Below are positions 26,381-39,200 of a stretch of DNA of 64,000 nucleotides, one piece after another. The stretch's first letter is position 1; every line of letters begins with the position of its first letter. The position numbers and the translations under genes were made by a program. Source of the DNA: Eledone cirrhosa (lineage: Eukaryota); contig OZ024745.1 of NCBI GenBank assembly GCA_964016885.1, positions 33,604,001 through 33,668,000 of the forward strand. The letters run 5' to 3'. The notes below the pieces were generated by a model that worked only from the letters and a program-made list of their open reading frames with translations, searched no databases and was not told the origin of the DNA.

Positions 26381-26992
26381 AACCATGTTTATTCCCTTTC
26401 AGAAACTAATTAGTTGGAGTGAAATTTTAGTAAGTAAGTTAATTTTTATAATTTTCTTATTTTACGTCTTTCATATAATTGTTCTGCATCCCCTTGCATT
26501 GAACCACAAAGTTACCAAGACAAAACCTGTATATTTGGTAGCATAGGTATGTATCTGTATATATATGTTGGTAGATATACAAATTATTTATAATTATCTC
26601 CAAATTATTTTGTTGAGCAAAAATTTGCCAAAACTACTGCTATAGTCCATAGTAATAGTCAGGCTACTGTCTTATTAACACCCCACTCCTCACTGATTAA
26701 CCTCTATGTCACGTGATTGATTCTTTTGAATTTGCCACCGACCAAGTAGGCAGTGATTTTTTTAATGTCCTGGAATTTAGTCCTCGCTTGCTTTTTTCCA
26801 TCCACTGAATTATTTTTGTATAAGTTCCCTGTGTCCACACATCGCCTGGGAACTTAGCTGAGAATTGACTTCCTGATGACGAAAGGTATTCTCCATGTTC
26901 CATTCGGAAACCGTGTTTATTCCCTTTCAGAAACTAATTAGTTGGAGTGAAATTTTAGTAAGTTAATTTTTATAATTTTCTTATTTTACGTC

Positions 26993-27001
<9 letters not shown>
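26381..27001 (+). mobile_element. Retrozyme-like non-coding element: 528-bp period, ~95-bp direct terminal repeats starting inside the hammerhead
   Basis: 26381-26477 repeated at 26909-27001; full hammerhead at 26868-26948; its 3' half also at 26393-26420; flanked by (TA)n. Confidence 0.82.
26868..26948 (+). ncRNA. Type I hammerhead ribozyme with a long stem II loop
   Basis: ACUUC-CUGAUGA-C-GAAAGG..CCUUUC-A-GAAA-CUAAUUAG-UU-GGAGU; palindromic stem III. Confidence 0.85.
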
Positions 27002-27086
<85 letters not shown>

Positions 27087-27091
27087 ATATA

Positions 27092-27137
<46 letters not shown>

Positions 27138-27187
27138 TATATATATATATATATATTTATTAAAATATATATATATATATATATATA

Positions 27188-27221
<34 letters not shown>

Positions 27222-27409
27222 TATATATATATATTTATTAAAATATATATATATATATATGAATATATATAAATATATATGAATATATATATATATATGA
27301 ATATATATATATATATGAATATATATATACATATGAATATATATAGATATATATATGAATATATATATACATATGAATATATATATGTATATATATATAT
27401 ATATATATA

Positions 27410-27459
<50 letters not shown>

Positions 27460-27571
27460 TATATATATATATTTATTAAAATATATATATATATATCTGA
27501 ATATATATAAATATATATGAATATATATATATATATGAATATATATATATATATGAATATATATATACATA

Positions 27572-27605
<34 letters not shown>

Positions 27606-27653
27606 TATATATATACATATGAATATATATATATGTATATATATATATACATA

Positions 27654-27717
<64 letters not shown>

Positions 27718-27757
27718 TATATATATATATATATATATGAATATATATATATATATA
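27002..27757. repeat. Long (TA)n/TATGAA microsatellite
   Basis: Direct reading. Confidence 0.97.
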
Positions 27758-27965
27758 GTATTAAGGATACTATTTATGGTTATGTATATAATAAAACCTT
27801 TTATAGTTATATATCTTTTTTATACAAACCCCAAATAGTGAAAGATAGTCATTCATTACTATCTTATTACCAGTAAGATAAATAGCTCAATGTAATAACA
27901 TCGGTTGTTTTACAGAGCAGTTATATAGAGATTACAATAATTAAAGTTCAGTTTAAATCATTTAT

Positions 27966-28014
27966 TTGCTTACAATTGTTTCCTCCAAACCGAGGTTTGG
28001 ATTCTTCGGAGCAA
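27966..28014 (-). ncRNA. Type I hammerhead motif, CCGAAGA core variant (left arm)
   Basis: UUGCU-CCGAAGA-A-UCCAAACC uc GGUUUGGA-G-GAAA-CAAUUG-UA-AGCAA. Confidence 0.8.
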
Positions 28015-29111
28015 CTATTTAGTGATCTATAACATAGTTGACCTCCTTTTCAACACAAGAGACATATAAAAACATATGCATATATTGACCCACAGTGGGA
28101 TGACATCCATCATAATGATATAGCATGGCAATTTACATATAAAGGTTAAAGGATAAAGATAAAAATAAAAATAAAAATAAAAATAAAAATAAAAATAAAA
28201 ATAAAAACAAAAACAAAAACAAAAACAAAAACAAAAACAAAAATAAAAATAAAAATAAAAATAAAAATAAAAATAAAAATAAAAATAAAAATAAAAATAA
28301 AAATAAAAATAAAAATAAAAATAAAAATGAAACATTGGCAGTTTATGAAGATAAAGCAAGAGGAAAGTTTAGAGAAATCAGTGTATGAAACAATCTCACG
28401 CGTAGCATGCATGCGTGTCTTATTTATACAGGATTAGAGTGCGGCAGATTGTTACTTGTAGGATCAGGCAGTTAAAGCATGCAATCGATAGTATTATGCG
28501 GGCTGTATTGTTAACTCATTTTTTTCCGCATACACCTGTATGATATACAATCCCGAATGTAGAGAAACACCAAAATATCAAACATATTATAAAACATATT
28601 ATAACATAGGCAAAACAGTACCACTGTCTTCGCGCACACCACCACTCACGAAGACAGTGGTACTGTTTTGCCTATGTTATAATATGTTTTATAATATGTT
28701 TGATATTTTTGATATTTTGGTGTTTCTCTACATTCGGGATTGTATATCATACAGGTGTATGCGGAAAAAAATGAGTTAACAATACAGCCCGCATGATACT
28801 ATCGATTGCATGCTTTAACTGCCTGATCCTACAAGTAACAATCTGCCGCACTCTAATCCAGTATAAATAAGACACGCATGCATGCTACGCATGAGATTGT
28901 TTCATACACTGACTTCTCTAAACTTTCCTCTTGCTTTATCTTCATAAACTGCCAATGTTTCATTTTTATTTTTATCCTTTAACCTTTACATGTAAATTGC
29001 CATGCTATATCATTATGATGGATGTCATCCCACTGTGGGTCAATATATGCATGTTTTTATATGTCTCTTGTGTTGAAAAGGAGGTCAAGTATGTTATAAA
29101 TCACTAAATAG

Positions 29112-29160
29112 TTGCTCCGAAGAATCCAAACCTCGGTTTGGAGGAAACAATTGTAAGCAA
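29112..29160 (+). ncRNA. Type I hammerhead motif, CCGAAGA core variant (right arm)
   Basis: Identical to the left-arm motif. Confidence 0.8.
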
Positions 29161-29349
29161 ATAAATGATTTAAACTGAACTTTGATTAATGTAATCTCTC
29201 TCTCTATATATATATGAATATATATATATATATATATATATATACATGAATATATATGTATATATTCATATATATATATATATATGAATATATATATATA
29301 TATATATGAATATTTATATATATATGAATATATATATATATATAAATAC

Positions 29350-30217
29350 TATAAATTATGTCCATAGAATCATTTGATAAGATATATACTCCATTTCCTC
29401 TCCCAATTAGCATAATCAACCACACAAAAAACCAATTAAACCAGGCTATAAGATTAAAAGGCACCTATGAAGAAATAATAGATAAATAAACGACAGCTAT
29501 CTATTCGCGATCAACAGCTATAGAATATTTACCCAGCATTTCAATAGCATGTGGAAATCGATTAAATATATCGTCAACCATACACAATTAGGTATAAAAT
29601 TAAAGTTAGAAGAAAAATGCATATACACATTCCAGGATTACGTTTCTACCCTTTAGGGTTTCGTTCGCTTTCAGAAATATCCTATCAAGGATAAATTCTC
29701 GAGCTTCGAACTCATCAGGAAACAAACTCACTTAGACAAAGATTTTTCTTAAATGATCCCCGCCAGAAACGAATTCAAAATGGTTAAGAACTGTGACGTG
29801 GCAGTGGTCAAGTCAGAAAGAATGTGATTTGTGTCTTACGGCTAGTGGGCTGGTTGCTAGAAAGCGCAGCCTAATATTGCCTAAATTGCATCTCAACCTT
29901 ATGGGAGATTATCAAATATAAAGATTTACATATACACAAACTAGACAAAGTCATAGATATGTTTTTGGCAACCATTCACGATGTGGCACAATGATGAATT
30001 AATAAATTAAATAATCAGAGCAATATATTATAAATTATGTCCATAGAATCATTTGATAAGATATATACTCCATTTCTTCTCCCAATTAGCATAATCAACC
30101 ACACAAAAAACCAATTAAACCAGGCGATAAGATTAAAGGGCACCTATGAAGAAATAATAGATAAATAAATGACAGCCATCTATTCGCAATCAACAGCTAT
30201 AGAATATTTACCCAGCA
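29350..30217 (-). mobile_element. Retrozyme-like non-coding element: 679-bp period, ~190-bp direct terminal repeats, internal hammerhead
   Basis: 29350-29538 repeated at 30029-30217; (TA)n on both sides; third partial copy at 20572. Confidence 0.85.
29642..29723 (-). ncRNA. Canonical type I hammerhead ribozyme with an extended stem II
   Basis: GUUUC-CUGAUGA-GUUCG..(UAUCCU ugau AGGAUA)..CGAAC-GAAA-CCC uaaa GGG-UA-GAAAC; all three stems pair. Confidence 0.92.
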
Positions 30218-30264
<47 letters not shown>

Positions 30265-30452
30265 TATATATATATATGAATATATATATATATATATATA
30301 TATATGAATATAGTTGTTATATAGTAAGGTGCATTATTGGTTGTGTAAAATGGTCCAATAACTTTATGTTAACAATATTAAGTTCTCCATGCTTTTGTAT
30401 ATCTCCAATTCCATTCGAGGGAACAGCTAGATGATGTAAAACGGAGAATAAG

Positions 30453-30613
30453 TATCAAAATGAAAATCCGAAGGCAAGGTAAAATTCCAATCATTTAATC
30501 ACGACACATGTTTCAATAAGAGATGGCTTCACAATCGATCTATCTCTTATTGAAACATGTGTCGTGATTTAATGATTGGAATTTTACCCTGCCTTCGGAT
30601 TTTCATTTTGATA
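30453..30613. repeat. Fold-back palindrome (72-bp arms, 17-nt loop) containing the 3' half of a hammerhead
   Basis: Arms 30453-30524 and 30542-30613; GAAA-CAUGUG-UC on each arm, no CUGANGA. Confidence 0.85.
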
Positions 30614-30702
30614 TATATGAATATATATATATATATATACATACATATGAATATATATTAATTCAAAATATTAACAAAATAGATATTCTTGTGATCAAGT
30701 AT

Positions 30703-30767
30703 ATTTTATTATACATATTTCAGAGGTACTGAGTTAAGTTCAACAGTACGTCCTCATCAGATAAAAT
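30703..30767 (-). ncRNA. Type I hammerhead motif
   Basis: AUUUUAU-CUGAUGA-GGAC GUACUG..CAGUAC CUC-U-GAAA-UAUGUA-UA-AUAAAAU; 7-bp stem I. Confidence 0.8.
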
Positions 30768-31794
30768 AAGATGATGTATGACATACCCTGACATAGTAGA
30801 TGGTTAAGATTCAGTCATGGTAGTGATTAATATATGACAAAACTCAATATTTATACCCTAATATTGAGAACATGAGAAAAATATATAATACAAACAATAG
30901 AGAAGATGCGTGTAATACAGTTTAAAAAATACATGGCATCAATATAACAGTTAAAAAAAATTTTTTTTTTTAACTACTGAAGAAAGAGGAAAGAAAGGAA
31001 AGCATAGAGGAAGAAACAGCTGATGTGATAATATATTTATGAGGTGCCTCGAAAAACAAATGAAAGATGATTAAAGAGAGAGAGAGAGAGACAAAGGGGA
31101 GTAATTTATGTTCAAGTTTATAGACAATTATCCATATATGCAATATATATCAAAACTTATTTAGTTGACCGTTAATATTCAAAATATTTAATTTAAGTTA
31201 TTTCAGAGTAATGAGTAATATTTTAGGTTTTAAAAGTTAATAGGTATCTGTATTAATATTATATTATACTATCAAGTTTAATTTCTAAAATTCAAATTTA
31301 ATGATAACAAATTTAAAGGATTTACGAAACACGAGAAAGAAAATATATACTGCTTTTATACCCTCACTAAGGTAATCTTTACCAAAATTATTTATAATAT
31401 TGACAACAGTTTATATAATATAATTTATAAAATAATTATAGTTATAATTATTAAAGAATTTATGATTAAATAGTTTGAGTGCCTAAAGGATCAACCGGCC
31501 TTATAACTAAACTTAAAGAAGTTTGAATTTTTAATTATATATATGTGTTAATAAAAAAAATACACAAGGATTATAATGTCTAAAGACTTAAGGTGATACC
31601 TTTCAAATATATATAACATAATACAATAATACAATATAGTAAATAAGTTACTGAAAATATTGTTAAAAAAATATATATTGTTAAAATATATTGTTAAAAA
31701 ATTAATGTTTTATATCAATTATTTTCATTTAGTTGATATATACTATAAATATATAAGTCAAAACTACATGACTCCTGATGATAGGGGCTAGATA

Positions 31795-31827
<33 letters not shown>

Positions 31828-32500
31828 AATTGTTTGCGAAACTTAAAAATGCCCAATATTAAAAATATAGTATAAAATGTAATAGGGTTTTAATATATAG
31901 TAGACAAAAGATACGTCTAAAATATCTAGCGAATGTGATAGAAAGAGGAGCTAAATATTTGAAAAAGCTGAAGGTAATCTAAATTTAATTAAAATAAAGT
32001 AAATTAAATTAAATTATATTAAATTAAGTAATAATCATTATATAAATTTGAACTTCCAGGGAATATCTAACACTTATAACAATAGAGAGTCATTTGAGTA
32101 TCTAAATTATTTATAAATGTCACTACGAGTATGTTATTACACTAGATAAACATATTTGTACAACTGTATAGAGATATTATTATAGGTATTAATGAAACGG
32201 TATACATTTAATAAATAAATAATTATAATCATTATTAGTAATGCTATAATTGTAGTTTTACCTCCAGTTCAGTGGAGAAAGAGACCAAAATTTGTCGACT
32301 ATTATGGTTAGTTATATTTATACCTAGATATATATAAAAAATAAATAAGTGCAAATCTAACTTTATGAGTCCCCAAAACATACTCAAAATGAGTAAAATA
32401 TGCAAACGCATGAATGATCTACAGTTCAATTATAATCGGTAAATTTACAAGTTAAATATCCAAATTATATATTTAAAACAGAGACAGATAAATAAAGATC

Positions 32501-32838
32501 ATCATCATCATTTCATTTTACGTCCGCTTTTTCCCGGCTTGCAAGGGTGGGACGGGAACTGATTCTGGCTTGATTTCTACAGCTGGATGCCCTTCCTAAC
32601 ACCAACCTCATTTACAGTGAGTGCTGGGTGGTTTTTGCCGTGGCACCTCCATGACCACTTTGCAGTGGAATGATATGGACCACAGTCCCTATCATCTCAT
32701 TTCTACAGCTGAGTAAACTGGAGCAATGTGAAATAAAGTGTCTTGCTCAAGGAAACAACACATCACCCGGTCTGAGAATTGAACTCATAAGCTTTCGATT
32801 GCAAGGCCAATGCTCTAACCACTAAGCCATGTGCCTCC
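32501..32838 (-). mobile_element. Full-length tRNA/CORE SINE with RTE tail and 7-bp TSD
   Basis: Same family as 20889; AAAGATC at 32494-32500 and 32839-32845. Confidence 0.92.
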
Positions 32839-34064
32839 AAAGATCCGAATCAAAATTGATAAATATCTAAAATAATCCTAAGGTGTGCATATTTATCAAG
32901 TAAACAAGTTACCAAATAATATGTTTATATATCTAAAGAGGATCCTTCATTCTAACATTAATTCTATCATAAATGATTAGAAGATAAAGCATTATTAAAA
33001 TTTTATAAACTGTTATGACTATTTAGGCCCCACAGTTGATAAAAGATGTCAAAAATTAAGGGCTGTTTGTTCAGTGTTTTTTCCTGACTTTTTGCGAGGC
33101 TTGGAATGTAGACAAAGCTTTATGAAGGCAGTTTGAGAATAATTTACTTTTTTTGTTAATTAAGTTTTCATAATTAGTAATTATTAATAGGGTCTCCTTT
33201 GTGCAGAGGTTGCAGTTAGTTGATATAGACGAGTTCATGTATATTTTACTATTACAAAGCTTCGTCCAAAAAATCGAGTATTTTAAATTTTTGTCTTTTA
33301 ATGACCATATAAGTTGTAATAAAGAAGTCGAAGACTTCCTATTAAAATTCGAAAATGAGCATTTGTGATTCGCAATGTCGAAGAAGTTGCCCCTATGTAG
33401 TTGTATGTGTTGTTATTTGTTTTTACGGTGCATGATTTCTATCCAGACAATTATTTTGCAGCGGGCAATCTGGTTTATTTTTACAATTACATTTCGATTT
33501 ATTATTTATATTAACACTATTATTAATAGCATTATGTTGATTTTGGTTTAGAATTATACTATTTAGTTTATCGATGTTTTGGGCCATATTCATAAATGTG
33601 GAATAAGACTGTTTAATTGTGTGTCTATTAAATATGGAGTGGTATTTATGTTGACTAGGGAAGGAACTATCTAAAGCTTTAAAAAATAGATTAGCTAGTG
33701 GTGTTCTTACTGCTACAGAAGCAGGGGGGGGGGGGCAAACCATATAACTGATTTAGTTCTAGTTCTTTTCCCCGATTTACTCACAGCACAGCTGTTTGAA
33801 TTATAATTATTAGAATTTTTAGAATTTTGTTTATATATGCCATTATTTTTATCAGGATTAAGACTTGGATTATTATTGTCTATATATTCTATATTATTTT
33901 TATAACCTGCCTTTCTTAGCACATCATTGTAATATCCTGCTTTTTCATCAAATATTGATTTATTGGCAGATATTCTAGTTATGCGTTTCTGTACACTATT
34001 TACAATTGCGTTTTTCACAGATTTAGGGTGATTAGAGTAAGAACTGACGTAATTTAAGTTTTCA

Positions 34065-35500
34065 ATCAGTGATTCCTGCCCTGGCGGGAGTCGGCCTCCA
34101 GGTCAACTCGGAGGTGGTGAACATCAGCCTCGATGCTGTGAGCTTTGCAGCCTCCGTCTTGGACGTGCGGTCCATTCTCCGCCAGGTTCAGGTGACCTCC
34201 AAAGAGGATGTCCTCATCTTCGGGTCACCGATCCACCTGCCGGCCATCCGCTCCACCATCAGGTCCAGGCTGCAACAGCTCCAGACTCTCACGAGCCGAC
34301 TGGGCTTGATTGACGGCCACCCAGCTCTCTTTCTGCCGAGGAACTGCTTCACCATGCCGAAGCTCCTCTATACACTCCGCAGCGTTCCATGCTACACCCA
34401 GACATCTCTCCTCGCTGACCTCGATACTTATATCCGAGAAGCAGCCAAGGGGATATGCAACGTCAAGTTTGACAACATGCCACTTTACCGGTCAGGTATG
34501 GCGGCCTAGGCCTACGGTCCCCGATCTCACTAACTTTGCCGGCGTATCTTTCGTCGGTAACATCGTGCGCGTCCTCGTCGGCAGGGTTCTTCAAAACACA
34601 ACAGAACCCTCTGTGTTCAGAGAACGTGAGGCCGCTTGGGACTTAGCCCAGTAGACATCCCTCCTCCTTCTCCCCCTGTTGACGTCAACTCCCCCCAACG
34701 CACTTTGGATGCATCCAGTGCAGCCTGGCCTCAGACAGGCTCATGCGCCAACTCGACCAGCACCGCCTTGCTTGTTTTCGTGCAGCCTCCAAACCCCATA
34801 GTGGTGCCTGGCTCCATGCTCTGCCCTCCTTCTCCACTGGCACGCAGCTAGACAACCATAGCCTGCGAATCAGCGTTTGCCTGAGGCTCGGCCTCCGGAT
34901 CTGCCAGCCACACCAATGTCGCTGCGGTTCTACCGTGGACTCTTTCGGCCTCCACCCGCTTTCCTGTCACAGTGCTGGCCGCATTCCACGCCATACTGCC
35001 CTCAACGAGGTCATTAAGCATGGCTTGGACGCTGCAGGCTTCCCTTCCCAGCTCGAGCCGGTGGGGCTGGATCGAGGGGATGGCATGACCATCTTCTCGT
35101 TCCGCGGTGGCAAACCCCTCGTCTGGGATGCCACTTGCACCAACACTTTCTGCAGCCGCAACCTGGTGCAGTCTGCGACTGACCCAGGTTCTGCTGCACG
35201 TCGGGCTGAGGGGGCCAAGCTCCTCAAATACCGGTCACTCTATGACAGGTTTGCGGTTGTTCCCCTGGCAGTGGAGACTTCTGGTATCCTCGGCCCTAGG
35301 GCTACCTCCTTACTCACCACCATAGGCGCTGAGCTGGCCAGCCGCAGGTGTGAGCCCCGCGAGTTGGAGTGGCTTTTCCAGCGCGTCTACCTTGTCATCC
35401 TCCGGGGAAACTCCTTCTCCATTCTGTCTGCCGGGGCTGTGGGTGGGCCCCATCGCGTACCATTACATTAGTTGAATACCATTCTTTCATCTCATACAAA
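34065..35500 (+). mobile_element. GC-rich CRE-clade non-LTR retrotransposon 3' half (RT thumb, Cys/His finger, restriction-like endonuclease), degenerate
   Basis: PKLLYTLRSVP, SGAWLHALP, LRLGL..CRCG..HPLSC..RH, VWDATC, AARRAEGAKLLKY, PLAVETSG, LFQRV..ILRGN. The usual KRPDG motif after DRGDG is missing. Confidence 0.85.
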
Positions 35501-35561
35501 CTAAAGATAAACTTATGAATATATATATATTCATATAGAGAAAAGGTGACGTTGCAAATAG

Positions 35562-36052
35562 CACGGAAAATATATTTAAGGGTCTATTTTTCTTTTTTGA
35601 TTCGTCAAAGTGACATTATTGAAAAAATGAGAGGGACAATTCTTTTTAAAAAAAAGTTTTATAAAGTATATAAAGTATTACTGGTTTCGATATATTATTA
35701 AAATTCATCTTATCAAATGTTGAGTATTGAAATAAAAATTAAAATGAATTAATAGGAGTTAAAAACTAAATATTAAGGATTTAAAATTAAAATCAAATGT
35801 TGGAGTAAGTTTTCTTCCATCTTTCTTGCTCAAAATTTGGTGGTAAGTGAAGATAGCAGTAGCTGTGTTTCTTCACAGAACAAAATTGTTTTTTGAAAAC
35901 ATCCTGTGTGTGTATATCTGATTGTGTTAATTGACTGGTCAAGAGTTCATAAGAGGATGGGAAATTATAAGCTAGAGGTAAGTTCTGTGCTAGCAACAGG
36001 AGTGTAGGTGAAATTCTATTATTGGAATGTGGTTTTAGGGTGTGTGTGTGTA
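35562..36052 (-). repeat. ~500-bp non-coding repeat, inverted copy of 41222-41706
   Basis: Near-colinear reverse complement; contains a degenerate hammerhead-like segment. Confidence 0.88.
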
Positions 36053-36061
36053 TACATACAT

Positions 36062-36215
36062 ATCATCATCATCATCGCTTTTCCCTGCTTGCAAGGGTGA
36101 GACCGGAACTGATTCTGGCTTGATTTCTACAGCTGGATGCCCTTTCTAACACCAACCTTATTTACAGTGAGTGTTGGGTGCTTTTTTGTCGTGGCACCTC
36201 CACGACCACTTTGCA
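36062..36215 (-). mobile_element. SINE 3' tail fragment
   Basis: Matches the SINE family tail. Confidence 0.8.
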
Positions 36216-39200
36216 ATGAGTAATTTTTTATGTCTTATTTTGGTGTGTGTGTGTGTGTGTGTATAACAACCCCACCTTTGCAAGCAGGAAAAAGCGGACG
36301 TTAATGATGATGATGAATGGACATATGTGTGGGGTGGGGTTGTGGTGATGTGTGTGTGTTTTTCAGCCTGTTTGCCACAGATCCCTTTGTGGTGGGAAAT
36401 GAAAAATTTTTTTCAAAAAAATTCAGAAAATTGTCAAAAACTAAAAATTATTTTATGGTGTGTGTTTGTGTGGAGCAGATCCAATGGGGTGATTACATAT
36501 TTAGTTTTGGTTTAAATTTGTTAATAAATAGTTTTTCCTTATTTATTCTTTGTTGTTGAGTGAAAGAATCGGAGCACTTATAAAGAGGAATGATTTTAAA
36601 GTTGGGTAGAGTCATTCCTGCACAATCCGCAATGTGGCTACTTAAGGGATTTTCCTTGTATTTACGTCTTGGATTTCTTGGCGATGGATGGTCACTCTTT
36701 TGAGTAATGACACACCCGTCTGTCCTATATAGTTATGTCGACAGCCACCACATGTGATTACATAGATCAGGTTCTCCGAGTTGCAAGTGAAGTTGTTTTT
36801 CACTGTGAAAGTTTGGCCATCTTTAAACGTGAATTTATGTCCTTCAGTTAAGTATAGCCATGTTCCACAGTTTGTTCTTCCGCATTTTGTTACCGTAAGG
36901 TTGGGGATAGGTTTGAGTATCTTTGTTCCAGTGAGAATGGGTTTTAGTGATTTTGGTTGCCTTTTGCTTTTAATGATCTTGTGTGTTTCTAGAAAGTTTT
37001 TTATTTTTTCATCTTTAGATAGAATGGGGAGGTTTTTGTGTAGGAGGTCAAACATTTCAGTGTTTCTGGGGTTGAACGTGGATACATATGGTAAGGTATT
37101 GTTTGTGGTTCTGTGCTTTGGGTTGTTGGGTTGATGAAAATTTGCGTGTTTTTCTTTGCCTATTCCGTTATTAATTATGTCAAGTGGGAAGGCTCTTAAG
37201 GTGAATATCTTTTTAAGTTCATTTAGTCTTTGTTCCCGTTTAGCTGGGTCTCATACTATGGTGCATATATATTTGGCTAAATTAAAAGGAATGTCAAGTT
37301 TTGTATGTTTTGGGTGATTTGATGTGAATAGGAGGTACTGCTTGGAGTCCGTGGGTTTATAAAAGATGTCTGTTTCTATTTTGCCATCTGTTTTTAGAAT
37401 GAAAATATCCTTGGAGTTAGATTCCATTGTGAATTGTATATTATTGTTAATGTTGTTAATCATATTTTTGAAAAGAGTGAGTGTATTCATGTCTTCCTGC
37501 CATAGTATGAAGCAATCGTCTAGGTATCTCTTCCAATTATTTTTGAGATGTGTAAGGAAAAAGTCTCAAAATAATAGAAGGGATTGGTTGTAGATTTGTT
37601 GTTCGTGGAATCCCATGACTAAGTTGGCGTATTTGGGGGCTACCTTTGTGCCCATTGCAGTCTGAGATTTGTTGGTATGCTGATCCATTGAAAGTAAAGA
37701 AATTATTCTGTAAGATAAATCGGAGTCCATCAATAATGAAGTTTTTGTTGATGCGTGTTGGTATTTCAGATTGGTGAGTGTCTAGCCAAAAATGGATTGC
37801 TGTTATTCCATAGTTATGGGGTATGTTAGTGTAGAGGTTTACTAGGTCAAAGGAGACAAGAATAGTGTTTTCACTTACTGCTTTGGTAGGTGGTTTAGCA
37901 TATCAAGGTCATCCCATATGTAGCTCTGTATATGTTTTAGTAAGGGCTTTAGTAGGATGTCCAGGAAGTTTCTAAGTCTGTGGGTTTCACATGTAGGGCC
38001 TGCTATAATTGGTCTGAGTTTTAAGTCTTCTGGTGGAGTTAATTGTATGTATTTGTTAGTTGAAGTGTTGCATGCATTGCTTATGAGTTTACATTTATGT
38101 ATCTTCAGTAAGCCGTAGAAAGCACTCGTATTACATTTGAAATAGTATATGTATTCAAATTCTTTTGTGGTTAGGCTACTGCGGTATTTTTGTAGTAATG
38201 CTAGGAGGTTCCCCATTGTTTTAGTTTGTTTGTAGTTTACTGTTTTTCATAGTACCTGTTATCGTCTAAGATTTTGAGCGCCAGATCTCTATAGTAGTCA
38301 GTGTCCATAATGACCACAGTGCTCCCTTTATCGGCTTCTTTGATGGTTATTTCAGTGTTATTTCTCAGTGTGAATAATTCTTTCCATTCGTATTTGGAGA
38401 GGTTCGATTTTGTGTGTTTATTTGTAATTTGTTCATAGGAAAAGTTGATGGTGCAATCGCAGTAGGTGTCATCCAGTGCTCTGTTCCTCCCTTTCTGTGG
38501 GCAAAAATCACTTTTGTTTCTGACTATTGATTCGTCTTCAGTGTTGCTGTCATTGGAGAAGTATTCTATTAGTCTGAGTTTTCAGCAGAATTCCATGATG
38601 TCATCTTTCATTTCGGGGAAGTTAGATTTTTGTGGTGTGGGTGTAAATTCCAGTCCCTTACTTAATATGTTAACTTGTGTGTTAGTTAGTGATATCTTTG
38701 AAAGGTTAATTATCTTCAGCTTCTCACGAGTGGGGGCCATCAGGTGTCCTGGTTTCTTCTGGAGTCTATGGTGTTTGTGTTGCAGGGTTAGTTCTACATT
38801 GTTTTGGGGTTGGTTTCTGTAGGAGATATTATTGTGGGTACCTATGATGTGGTGGCTGGGTATGTTTCTTCTGCTGCAGTTGGTTGTATATGGTCTGTGT
38901 AGAGTGGGGTTTTGTCTGTGGTTTATGTGTGTTGGGGTTGGAAGTATGCATGTTACTGAGGGGGTTCTTGTTTTGTTTAATTTCTTTGTAAAGGGGTTAT
39001 CTGTGTGATACATTGCTTTGAAATCCTCTTCTTATTTGAGGAACCAATTGTCAGATTTTTCCCATCATTTTAATGAGATTAGTTCTGCATTCTTGCAGAC
39101 CTGTTTCCAGGATTTAATTAAATTTTGTAGAGTTGGTCCCTCAGTGTGTTTCACACATTCTATTTCCATTTGTTGGTTGAAATCCTGGTATTTTTGTTCA

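Larger units (their letters stand above)
27927..29199. mobile_element. 1.27-kb fold-back non-coding element with a hammerhead near each outer end
   Basis: Arms 27927-28632 and 28649-29199, 16-nt loop; (AAAAAT/AAAAAC)n expansion at 28160-28328 in the left arm only. Confidence 0.9.
30655..34064 (-). mobile_element. 5'-truncated PLE of the same type as 23498-23828, with a putative ~2-kb AT-rich 3' UTR ending in a hammerhead
   Basis: SNHPKSVKNAI..RITRISAN, VIWFAPP, FPSQHKYHSIFNRHTIKQSYS, CNCKNKPDCPLQNNC, YIGAT, IWSLKD, CNLCTKE at 33070-34064. The UTR assignment is inferred from orientation. Confidence 0.72.

Noticed and set aside
31772-31826. CTGATGA followed by poly-A
   Set aside because: No GAAA/UH half or pairing stems; wrong strand for the surrounding element.
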